Positions 1-8,219 of a DNA stretch of 64,000 bases are shown piece after piece. Source of the stretch: Myxococcota bacterium. GTDB lineage: Bacteria > Myxococcota_A > Polyangia > Nannocystales > Nannocystaceae. The stretch covers positions 32,001-96,000 of the forward strand of contig JBCCHT010000043.1 of the NCBI GenBank assembly GCA_039028615.1, read 5' to 3'. Made by a program: the position numbers and the translations under genes. Under the pieces are notes generated by a model, which saw nothing but the letters and a program-made list of their open reading frames with translations, ran no database searches and had not been told where the DNA came from. Position 1 is the first letter of the stretch. Every line of letters begins with the position of its first letter.

Positions 1-20
1 GGAGGCAGGATCCGCCGTTC

Positions 21-1115
21 ATGGAGCTGTCGACCGCCCACGGGCCCCTGCCCGCCCCTTGCTACATCCCCGACGCGACCCGCGGGTTCGTGCGCTCCGT
101 CGACGCCAGCGACCTCGAGGCGGTGGGCATCCCCGCGTTGATGATCAACGCGTACCACCTCATGACGCGGCCCGGCATTCGGGTAGTGCAACGGCTGGGT
201 GGGCTGCATCGCTTCGCGGGATGGTCGGGGCCGATCGTCACCGACTCGGGCGGCTTTCAGGTGTTCTCGCTGATCCGGCAGAACCCCAAGCACGGACAGA
301 TTCGCGACAACGAGATCGTCTTCCGCCCTCCCGACGGCAAGGACAAGCTCATCCTCACCCCCGAGAAGGTCGTGCAGACCCAGTTCCGGCTGGGCGCCGA
401 CGTGATGGTCGCCCTCGACGACTGCACCGGACCCGAAGCGCCTGCCGACGAGCAGCGCCGGGCCGTCGATCGCACCGTGGCCTGGGCCCGACGCGCGCTC
501 GTGGAGTTCAATCGTCAGCTTGCCCAGCGTCGCAGCAAAGACATTCCCCCGACCCTGGTCGCCCCGATTCAAGGCGGCAACGATCCCGCGCTACGACGAG
601 ACTGCGCCAACGCCCTGCTCGATGCCGGCCTCACCACCTTTGGCTTCGGCGGCTGGCCCCTCGACGAGCACGGTGCGCTGCAGCTCGACATGTTCCAGGT
701 GCTGCACGAGCTGCTGCCCATGACCACGCCTCTGTTCGCGCTGGGCGTGGGCAAGCCCGAGCACCTCACCGCCATCACGGCGCTGGGTCGACCCGCCGTG
801 TTCGACAGCAGCCTGCCCACCCGCGATGCTCGACACCATCGCCTCTACCGCTTCCGCGACGCGCTGCCCGAGGGGCCGCTGACCTCGGGCCGAGACTTCT
901 TCGAACGGCTGTACATCCTCGACAAGAAGCACGCGACCGCCGACGAGCCGATCTCGCCGCATTGCGATGCGTTGTGTTGTCGCCGCTATAGCCGGGGTTA
1001 TCTGCACCACCTGTTCAAGTGCGAAGACCCTCTGGCCAAGCGCCTGGCGACGCTGCACAACCTGCGCTTTTACACGCAGCTGGCGGCCCATCTGCAAGAG
1101 CACGGCGCTCGCTGA
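21..1115 (+). CDS. tgt: tRNA-guanine transglycosylase (queuine tRNA-ribosyltransferase) family protein, divergent
   Basis: Motifs NAYHL..RPG, TDSGGFQVFSL, LDDCT, PIQGG, FDSSLPTR, and a C-terminal Zn region C..CC.RYSRGYLHHL...TLHNL. Confidence 0.9.
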   Translation: MELSTAHGPLPAPCYIPDATRGFVRSVDASDLEAVGIPALMINAYHLMTRPGIRVVQRLGGLHRFAGWSGPIVTDSGGFQVFSLIRQNPKHGQIRDNEIVFRPPDGKDKLILTPEKVVQTQFRLGADVMVALDDCTGPEAPADEQRRAVDRTVAWARRALVEFNRQLAQRRSKDIPPTLVAPIQGGNDPALRRDCANALLDAGLTTFGFGGWPLDEHGALQLDMFQVLHELLPMTTPLFALGVGKPEHLTAITALGRPAVFDSSLPTRDARHHRLYRFRDALPEGPLTSGRDFFERLYILDKKHATADEPISPHCDALCCRRYSRGYLHHLFKCEDPLAKRLATLHNLRFYTQLAAHLQEHGAR

Positions 1116-1390
1116 AGCCCGGTCGTCGCCGCGCCTACGACTCGCCCCCGGAGTCACCGGCCGCGAGTCGGTTGAAGCCGTGGCCCTTCACAATGGGGAC
1201 GACGCGGGTCACCGCGAGCCCATCGGTCGCACCAATTGCGAACCGACGCGGCCAACTCGTCCACCGTGTTCGACTGCACTGTACCACTGACTGTCAGAAC
1301 CGCAACGAGGAAGTCTATGCCGCCAGATAGCCCTTGCGCCACGAATTCGGCCGGTCATACTCGCCAACCGTGGTTGAGGTGGAACACCCA

Positions 1391-1897
1391 ATGGAGGTGC
1401 CGGACTCCGTGTCTCGGCAATTGTCGGACGACGAGCAAGCCCGGCTGATGACCTGGTGGATGACCCTGGACGCCGACGAGCGACGTGCACTCGTCGGGTC
1501 GTGGGCCGCCGACGCTCCGTCGCGACCCGAGCTCGACGACGAGCTGATGCTCTTGCTGGAGCCGCGCTTCATCGACCCGAGCAACCGCGAGCACCAGCGG
1601 AACCTCGAGGAGAACTACGAAGCCTACGTGCAGCGACTCGAGTACATCCGCTCGCATCCCGAGTACAAATGGTCGCTCGAGGTTCGCAATTTTCACATCT
1701 GTCGAGCCCACCGCCGAGCCCGAGCGGCGGTCGAGACGGGCCGGCTGCGCGCCGACTTCGAGTGTCCTCTCGCTCGCGATTCGTGTCCCATGCGGAGGCT
1801 GCTCGACCTGCGACCGGGTCATGATGTCGAGCTCGCGATCGTGGGCCTGCGGTCTGGCCGAGCGCTCCCTTCGAGCCATGACCGACCTTCGATGTGA
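1391..1897 (+). CDS. hypothetical protein with a C-terminal His/Cys cluster (HICRAH...ECP...CPM)
   Basis: Open frame with GC-biased third positions; ATG at 1391 preceded by GAGGTGG; no family recognised. Confidence 0.55.
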   Translation: MEVPDSVSRQLSDDEQARLMTWWMTLDADERRALVGSWAADAPSRPELDDELMLLLEPRFIDPSNREHQRNLEENYEAYVQRLEYIRSHPEYKWSLEVRNFHICRAHRRARAAVETGRLRADFECPLARDSCPMRRLLDLRPGHDVELAIVGLRSGRALPSSHDRPSM

Positions 1898-2119
1898 AGG
1901 CGGTTGCCTACGTGGTGCGGTGCGTTTCGCAGTCACGCTGCCCAGCAAGTGGTGTGCCCACTGCCGCCGCCACCTCTGCCGAAAGGTCCACGGTGCGGCG
2001 TACGTCACAGGGCTCGGCAAGGGCGAGGACTGCTTCGAGTTCACGAAGGGTGAAGACGGTCGTCCGCGTTCACCTCCTCCGCGCAGGCGTAGCGCGGTTG
2101 ATGTCGGCATTGCGGCAGT
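1878..2119 (+). pseudogene. degraded GFA family (glutathione-dependent formaldehyde-activating, CENP-V/GFA) gene
   Basis: One frame reads MTDLRCEGGCLRGAVRF...WCAHCRRHLCRKVHGAAYVT; after a frameshift near 2060 another frame reads FTSSAQA*RG*CRHCGS, matching the GFA SS...RGFC..CGS motif with two stops. Confidence 0.75.
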
Positions 2120-2303
2120 AGGAGGCATGGCGCGTCGGCGGAAGGAATCGTTCGGTTTCCCCAGTTCGGAGGAACTCCCGGTACCGAGCCGTTGAAGTAA
2201 GCGGCCTCGTTGATCCGCATCACACCGCGAGTCCATCACGAGCGCTCGAGCGAGTTCCCGACGGCGAGGCGTGGGTGTTTGTCGTTAGGCTTCGCGTGGG
2301 CGC

Positions 2304-3797
2304 ATGACTACGCATCACCCGAATAACCCCCCCACCCCGCGACCCGGTGTCAGCGGACTCTCCTTGTATGTACCTCGACCTCGCGTCTCGCTCGATCAGT
2401 GGTGCGAGTGGACCGGAGCACCCGCCGACAAAGTGCAGGCCGTCGTCGGCCGCAGCTTTCGCATGTGCTCGCCAGCCGAGAACGTCTACACCATGGCCGC
2501 CTCGGCGGCTCTTCGTCTGATCGACGCCTACGACATCGATCCACGACGCATCGGCATGCTGGCTCTCGGTACCGAGTCGAGCACCGACAACGCGGCCGGA
2601 GCCGTCATCGTCAAAGGCATGCTGGACCGAGCCCTGCGCGAGCAAGGTCGACCCGCCATCTCGCGCACCTGCGAAGTACCCGAGGTCAAGCACGCCTGCC
2701 TCGGCGGCATGTATGCCCTCAAGAGCGCGCTGCGTTATGCCAGCTGCGACGCCGACGATCGCGTCGCCCTCGTGCTCGCAGCCGACGTCGCCGAGTATGC
2801 GCGCGGGAGCACGGGCGAGCAGACCCAAGGCGCGGGCGCGGTGGCCATGCTCGTCGAGCGCGAGGCCAAGCTCTTCACCGTCGACCTCAGCCGCACGGGC
2901 AGCGCTGCCGCCTACCGGGGGGCGGACTTCCGCAAGCCGATGGCGCGCCACTTCATGGCCGAGTACGAAGCCGGCACCCGACGCCTGCACGACTTCCCCG
3001 TCTTCAACGGCAAGTACTCCACCCTGTGCTACCTCGACGAAGTCATCGCCGCGCTCGAGGACATGTTCAGCCGCGGTGACCAAGATCCCGAGGAGTTCTA
3101 CGGCCAGCTCGCCGCCGTCTTCCTGCATCGGCCCTATCACTACTTGCCCATTCAGGCGATGGCGCATGCCCTGGTCTGGAGCCTCGGAAAATCCGACGCG
3201 CAGGCCGCACGCTTCGACGCCCTCTGTTCGGAGGCCGGCGTGGACGCGTCGATCGCCCGGACCCAGATCCGCGCCGAGGTCGACCTCGTCCAGGAAGCCG
3301 AGGCCCACGGCCCCGACGCCGACCCCTTCGCCGCCGCCCAGCAGGTCGCCAAGCACTACGGCCGCAGCAAGGACTTCAAGCGCTTCGTCTCCGAGCACAT
3401 GAACCTCGGCACCGAGCGGGTCAAGTCGCTCGGCAACCTCTACACCGGCTCGTTGCCGGCTTGGCTCGCGGGCGCATTCGCGGACGCCCACGCCTCCGAC
3501 CTCTCGCTCGCCGGACGCCGCATGCTCGCGGTCGGCTACGGCAGTGGTGACGCAGCCGAAGCCTGGCCCATCGAAGTCTGCCCCGACTGGAAGGATGCCG
3601 CCGCCCGGATCGGCTTCGACGAGGCCCTCGCCGAAGCCATCGACCTCGACCGCGCCAGCTATGAGGCCCTCCACGACGGCCAAGAGCTCCCCACCCCGCT
3701 CGAGCGACCGTGGGGCTTTTCCATCGCCGACGTCGGCCGCCAGTGCGAGCCGCAGTGGCAAGACATCGGTATCGAGTACTACCGCTGGGCCGGCTGA
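2304..3797 (+). CDS. mvaS: hydroxymethylglutaryl-CoA synthase family protein
   Basis: GTESS, KHACLGG (catalytic Cys), GEQTQGAGAVAML, FNGKYS, HRPY, GNLYTGSL, GYGSG motifs. Confidence 0.88.
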   Translation: MTTHHPNNPPTPRPGVSGLSLYVPRPRVSLDQWCEWTGAPADKVQAVVGRSFRMCSPAENVYTMAASAALRLIDAYDIDPRRIGMLALGTESSTDNAAGAVIVKGMLDRALREQGRPAISRTCEVPEVKHACLGGMYALKSALRYASCDADDRVALVLAADVAEYARGSTGEQTQGAGAVAMLVEREAKLFTVDLSRTGSAAAYRGADFRKPMARHFMAEYEAGTRRLHDFPVFNGKYSTLCYLDEVIAALEDMFSRGDQDPEEFYGQLAAVFLHRPYHYLPIQAMAHALVWSLGKSDAQAARFDALCSEAGVDASIARTQIRAEVDLVQEAEAHGPDADPFAAAQQVAKHYGRSKDFKRFVSEHMNLGTERVKSLGNLYTGSLPAWLAGAFADAHASDLSLAGRRMLAVGYGSGDAAEAWPIEVCPDWKDAAARIGFDEALAEAIDLDRASYEALHDGQELPTPLERPWGFSIADVGRQCEPQWQDIGIEYYRWAG

Positions 3798-3817
3798 CCT
3801 TCACGGTCGCTCCAACC

Positions 3818-3856
3818 AAAAGAGGCGGCCAGGGCTCGTAGGGAACCCTGGCCGCC
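3818..3856 (-). terminator. intrinsic terminator between convergent genes
   Basis: 11-bp stem GGCGGCCAGGG/CCCTGGCCGCC followed by TCTTTT on the minus strand. Confidence 0.7.
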
Positions 3857-3962
3857 CGGTCGACCGCTCACCCTGCCACGCCGAGTTGTGGACAGCGACG
3901 AGGTCGTGCGGCACGGGGGTTGTGCCGCACGGGGGCGAGTCGGTGGACGCAAAAACCCTGCG

Positions 3963-5420
3963 CTAGGGGACTTCGTCGATGCCGGGGTAGCCGGGGGCCT
4001 CCTGCGGGCGGGGATCGCCGTCGACGTCGAAGAGCGGATCGCCCTCGTCCCAGTCGGCGATGTCGGCGAAGACGCTCTGGCCCTCCGCGCTGAGGTGGAA
4101 GTCGCCCGCGGGGGCGTCGACGAACCAATCCGAGTCGAAGATGCCGACGGACTGACCTGCGCCCAGGCCCCCGTCGACGGCGTTGTCGGCGAAGGTGAGC
4201 GAGCACCAGGAGCTGAACGAACCCGGGTAGGCGCCGACGATGATGCTGTTGCGGATCTCTCCGCCCCCGCTGCTGCCGTCACAGCTCACGGTGTTGTGAT
4301 TGCCCGCGATGGTGGAGTGGTACAGCCGCAGCTCACCGCTCTCGATGGAGACGGCGGTGTCGGAGCCAGGGCCGATGCTGCTGTTGGTGGCCTGGAACAT
4401 ACCGTCACCGATGATGCGGATGGCGACGCTCTCCGGCTCGGCGGCGGTGAAGCGGCTACGCCGGGCGTAGGTGTCGCAATCGGTGTCGATCGAGGTGGAG
4501 TAGCCGTTGATGGTGATGTCGTCCATCCACAGCAGGTTTCCGTGGCGACACTGGATGGCGCGGAAGGGGCCGTCGTCGAGGGCGACCTCGGACAGGTAGA
4601 GAATGCGCTGGGTGTCCTCGCTGGTGAGGACGAACAGATTGGTGGCGCCGCCCGTGATGACGGTGCCCGGCTGCCCGATCACCGCGACTTCACCCGCGAC
4701 CTGCAGCGTTCCGTTGATTTCGTAGACCCCCGACGCGAGGCGGATGACCCGCTGCGAGCCGATGCCCAGCTCGCTCAGCGCGGTCTCGAGCTCGTCGGCG
4801 GTGGAGGCATCGACGACGTCGCCGGGGTCGAAGCAGGAGCCCTGCTCGGGGCCCAGCAAGTGGCAGGCGGAGTCGGGACAGTCGGAATGCTCGGTGCACG
4901 CGGCACAGCCGAGACCGGGATCGCAGACCGGAGTGTCGCCCGAGCAGCTGTCGGCCACACAGGCGACACACTGACCTTCGGCACCGCACAGGGGCGCGAG
5001 CGGGTCGTCGTCGGCACACAGCTGGTCGGGCGCGTCGGCGTCGGAGCAAGGACCGCAGGCACCCTCGATGCAGAAGGCTCCGGCGTCGCAGTCGGCGTGG
5101 CCCTCACACTCGGGGGCGGGACCATCGTCGGTGTCGCCGGGCTCGGGGCCATCGGTGTTCCCGTCGGCCCCATCGGCGGAAGGTTGGTCGGTGTCGACCC
5201 CCGGTTCGGGGGTGCCGTCGGTGTCGATGGCGCTCGTGTCGGGGCTGGCGGCCGAGGTGGATCCCTCACCGTCGTCGCTGTCGAGCGGCGACATCTCGGG
5301 GTTGAAGCACGCGGTGGCACCGAGCAAGGCGAGCAACCCGACCGCGGACGACACGGCACCCCGCGAGCGACGAACGGGGAAACAAACAGTGTTATCGGGC
5401 GAACTATTGATGTCGAACAT
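3963..5420 (-). CDS. secreted lipoprotein: acidic linker, Cys-rich repeats, C-terminal parallel beta-helix-like domain
   Basis: Lipobox-like LLGATAC, D/G/P/T-rich linker, Cys-rich block, beta-helix features (STIAGN, GDFHL, D.DG.PR...PGIDE); AGGA ribosome-binding site before ATG 5420. Confidence 0.75.
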   Translation of the reverse strand: MFDINSSPDNTVCFPVRRSRGAVSSAVGLLALLGATACFNPEMSPLDSDDGEGSTSAASPDTSAIDTDGTPEPGVDTDQPSADGADGNTDGPEPGDTDDGPAPECEGHADCDAGAFCIEGACGPCSDADAPDQLCADDDPLAPLCGAEGQCVACVADSCSGDTPVCDPGLGCAACTEHSDCPDSACHLLGPEQGSCFDPGDVVDASTADELETALSELGIGSQRVIRLASGVYEINGTLQVAGEVAVIGQPGTVITGGATNLFVLTSEDTQRILYLSEVALDDGPFRAIQCRHGNLLWMDDITINGYSTSIDTDCDTYARRSRFTAAEPESVAIRIIGDGMFQATNSSIGPGSDTAVSIESGELRLYHSTIAGNHNTVSCDGSSGGGEIRNSIIVGAYPGSFSSWCSLTFADNAVDGGLGAGQSVGIFDSDWFVDAPAGDFHLSAEGQSVFADIADWDEGDPLFDVDGDPRPQEAPGYPGIDEVP

Positions 5421-5443
5421 TCGAAGGGTCCTGAGCGAGAAAG

Positions 5444-5520
5444 TGGTACCTGGGGAGGGATTCGAACCCCCAACCTCCCGGGTCTGAGCCGGTCGCCTCT
5501 ACCAATTGGGCTACCCAGGC
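5444..5520 (-). tRNA. tRNA-Leu(CAG), 77 nt, short variable loop, CCA encoded
   Basis: Minus strand folds as acceptor GCCTGGG/CCCAGGT, Leu-type 3-bp D stem GCC-CAATTGGTAGA-GGC, anticodon loop CT-CAG-AC, 5-nt variable loop AGGTT, T arm GGGGG-TTCGAAT-CCCTC, discriminator A plus CCA. Confidence 0.85.
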
Positions 5521-5565
5521 ATAGGCGTTCCCATCGGGGAACGTGGACGACTTTTTTTCTGCCAG

Positions 5566-5639
5566 CGCGGCGTCGAGGATTCGAACCTCGGGCCTCCCGA
5601 TTCGTAGTCGGGTGCTCTATCCAGCTGAGCTAACGCCGC
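5566..5639 (-). tRNA. tRNA-Arg(ACG), CCA not encoded
   Basis: Cloverleaf GCGGCGT/ACGCCGC, D arm GCTC-AGCTGGATA-GAGC, anticodon arm CCCGA-CTACGAA-TCGGG, T arm CGAGG-TTCGAAT-CCTCG. Confidence 0.95.
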
Positions 5640-5771
5640 ATGTCGTCACGGCGTGCGCACGCACGAACCGCGACCACGCGTCATCACCCGGCGAGCCTCG
5701 CAGGACCTACGAGACCACCGTTGGCAGAGCAACGTCGTCTTGGTTTTGGACTGACTCGCCCAACTGGCGAG

Positions 5772-5885
5772 TTACGCGACGCGAAGAAGGCGTCGACCAC
5801 CCACGCGCAGGCGCAAGCGCAGCCGACCGCCCAGCGTACGCTGGCTGTCTCGCCGCAAGCTCCGTGCCTGAACCTTCGTGGTCAT
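5772..5885 (-). CDS. putative Arg/Leu-rich leader peptide (37 aa: MTTKVQARSLRRDSQRTLGGRLRLRLRVGGRRLLRVA)
   Basis: Hand-translated ATG 5885 to TAA 5772; 11 Arg and 7 Leu codons; lies between a promoter-like element and the Arg and Leu tRNA genes. Confidence 0.55.
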   Translation of the reverse strand: MTTKVQARSLRRDSQRTLGGRLRLRLRVGGRRLLRVA

Positions 5886-5930
5886 GGTCTGCTTGCTATG
5901 CGGCATGGATCCCATACCGTCAAGAAAAAA
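5886..5930 (-). promoter_or_regulatory. putative sigma70-type promoter for the leader/tRNA operon
   Basis: Minus strand TTTTTTC-TTGACG-17 nt-CATAGCAA, 7-9 nt before ATG 5885; the -10 match is weak. Confidence 0.5.
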
Positions 5931-5952
5931 TCTTCGACTGGTTTCGCCGTCT

Positions 5953-6717
5953 CTAGGACTGCGCCGCTTTGCGGTCGCGCTTGCGGAGCTTCCGTCGCGG
6001 CTTGTCGCGCTCGGTCTCGCTGCCCTCGGTGGGGGCGGGTGGCCCCGCGCCTTCGGGTGCCCCCTCGATCACCAGCACGTACTCACCCCGCAGCTTCGTG
6101 TCGCCCAGCCCCTCGAGCAAACTCGACAAGGTGCCACGCTGGACCTGCTCGAACTTCTTGGTGAGGTCGTTGGCCAGCGCGGCCGGGCGATCGCCATAGA
6201 CCTCGAGCGCGTCGCGAAGCAACGCCTCCACCCGGTAAGGGCTCTCGTAGAAGAGCAAGGTGTGCGGCGAGTACTGGTCGACCTCCAAGAAGCGCTTGCG
6301 CTTGCCCGACTTGCGCGGCGCAAACCCGCGGAAGGTGAACGAGTGTAGCGGCAGGCCGCTGAGCACCAGCGCCATGACGAACGCCGAAGGCCCCGGGATC
6401 ATCGTGACCTCGAGCCCCTCTTCGTGACACAGGCGCACGAGTGAGAAGCCGGGGTCGGCGATGCCGGGCGTGCCCGCGTCGGAGACCAGCGCGACGTCTC
6501 GACCTTCGTGGAGCAGCCGAATGATCTTCCCGCCTACCCGAGACTCGTTGTGCTCGTGGAAGGGCATCTGCCGCGCCTTGATCTCGTGCCGCGTCAGGAG
6601 CTTGGCCGTGTGCCGCGTGTCCTCGCTCGCCACGATGTCGACGCTTCGAAGCACCTCGATCGCGCGGAGCGAGATGTCCTCGAGATGACCGATGGGCGTG
6701 GCGACGACGTAGAGCAT
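5953..6717 (-). CDS. rsmI: 16S rRNA (cytidine(1402)-2'-O)-methyltransferase
   Basis: [56 protein letters not shown]; start moved to ATG 6717. Confidence 0.95.
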   Translation of the reverse strand: MLYVVATPIGHLEDISLRAIEVLRSVDIVASEDTRHTAKLLTRHEIKARQMPFHEHNESRVGGKIIRLLHEGRDVALVSDAGTPGIADPGFSLVRLCHEEGLEVTMIPGPSAFVMALVLSGLPLHSFTFRGFAPRKSGKRKRFLEVDQYSPHTLLFYESPYRVEALLRDALEVYGDRPAALANDLTKKFEQVQRGTLSSLLEGLGDTKLRGEYVLVIEGAPEGAGPPAPTEGSETERDKPRRKLRKRDRKAAQS

Positions 6718-6976
6718 CGACCTGGCGAGCATTGGCCAGCCGGGCCGCGTTGGCAACTGCTCGGACGAACCGGGTCCCCACTCGCGCTCGGCATCGTGCA
6801 GCACGCAATCTCGCCCCCGGCGAGGCGCTCGCGGGTCGCAAAGCCATGGCAACGACTGTCGCCACGCAAACTTTCTCGACATTTCGAGTGAGAGGACGAG
6901 GGCAGCGTGGGAACTACAAGGTCGGTCGCGAGCAATGAGGCGACCACACAACGACCGTATTCGATCGGACCCCCAA

Positions 6977-8212
6977 ATGCTCATGCTCCCCTCCAATCAG
7001 CTCCTTCGCCCCCTCTTTGCCTGCCTGATGGTCAGCACCTGCGTATCCGCGTGCGACGAAGGCGGCGACTTCAACGATGACGAGACCGCACTCGACGACG
7101 TGACGTTGCGCTCGGCCCAGGCTTGCGGAAGCGACATCCCCGTGACCTCGAGCCAGTGGCGTATTCGCAACGCGAGCGTCCAGACCCACTCCGGACAGTG
7201 GGTCATCCGCGAGATGGACTTCTGCGCGGACGCGGCCTGCACCGAGACCCTGACCGGCACCGCGTTCGATAGCGGGGCCTCCGAGAGCTGGAGCGTGGCG
7301 GCCAACGCCTTCGACGGCGATGCCGGCACCATGTGGAAGACCTTCGACACCAACGTCGTGGGACAGTCGTGGATCGGCCTGGAGCTGGACAGCCCCGCCG
7401 CGGTGGCGGGCCTCCGCATTCAGACCGACAACGTCGTCTACTCGGTCGACTCGATCGACGTGGAGTACCTCGACGAGGGCAGCGGCGAGTGGATCACCGC
7501 CGACACCCTCACCGACGTCCCGGCCGGCACCGAGCTCACCTACGAGATCGACGGCCCCGTGATGGACATTCCCTGCGACGTCGAGGTCGACGATCAGGCC
7601 ACGGTCATCATGCCCGGAACCGAGCTGACCGGGCTGTCCGCGGACACGGGCGAGGTGCTCTACTACGCGGTGGTGAACCCGGGACCGGACTTCCTCGTCG
7701 AGATCACCGGGGGCCCCGGCGACGCAGATCTGTACCTGCGATACGGCGAGCTACCCACGGCGTCGGAATACGATTGCCGGCCCTACAAGTGGGGCAACGG
7801 AGAGTCCTGCGAGGTCGCGCAGCCGTCCGGCGGCGTCTACTACATCATGCTGCGCGCCTACGCGAGCTTCAGCGACTTGTCGCTGATCGTCAGCGACGCC
7901 GGGCCCGTCGCGCCCACGCCGGTGGTCGAGGCCGATCTGTCCGCCGCCACGGGCGAGTGGCTCCGCTACGAGTTCGCCGTGCCGATCGGAGCCAGCAATG
8001 CGACCTTTGAGATCGACGGAGGCAGCGGGGACGGAGACATGTACATCCGCTACGGCGAGCAACCCACGGCCACCGAATACGACCACCGCCCCTACAAGTG
8101 GGGCAATGGCGAGACCGTCTCCATCGCGGACCCGCAGGCGGGCGTCTACTACGTCGGCATTCGTTCCTACGCGGCGTTCGCCGGCATGACCCTGACGATG
8201 AGCTACGAGTAG
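6977..8212 (+). CDS. lipoprotein with a discoidin/F5-8-like domain and two PPC (pre-peptidase C-terminal) domains
   Basis: VSAC lipobox; [11 protein letters not shown]...WIGLEL; two [24 protein letters not shown] repeats. Confidence 0.8.
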   Translation: MLMLPSNQLLRPLFACLMVSTCVSACDEGGDFNDDETALDDVTLRSAQACGSDIPVTSSQWRIRNASVQTHSGQWVIREMDFCADAACTETLTGTAFDSGASESWSVAANAFDGDAGTMWKTFDTNVVGQSWIGLELDSPAAVAGLRIQTDNVVYSVDSIDVEYLDEGSGEWITADTLTDVPAGTELTYEIDGPVMDIPCDVEVDDQATVIMPGTELTGLSADTGEVLYYAVVNPGPDFLVEITGGPGDADLYLRYGELPTASEYDCRPYKWGNGESCEVAQPSGGVYYIMLRAYASFSDLSLIVSDAGPVAPTPVVEADLSAATGEWLRYEFAVPIGASNATFEIDGGSGDGDMYIRYGEQPTATEYDHRPYKWGNGETVSIADPQAGVYYVGIRSYAAFAGMTLTMSYE

Positions 8213-8219
8213 GACCGAC

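Noticed and set aside
2220..3761. Long antisense or alternate-frame ORFs (also 3888-5633, 10548-12230, 19865-21898, 28008-29726, 51721-53313 and others)
   Set aside because: Shadow ORFs expected in high-GC DNA opposite well-supported genes; no motifs
5481..5495. Reading the tRNA anticodon as TCA (selenocysteine or opal suppressor)
   Set aside because: The CCGG/CCGG stem centres the 7-nt loop CTCAGAC on CAG; there is no long variable arm or extended acceptor stem as in tRNA-Sec
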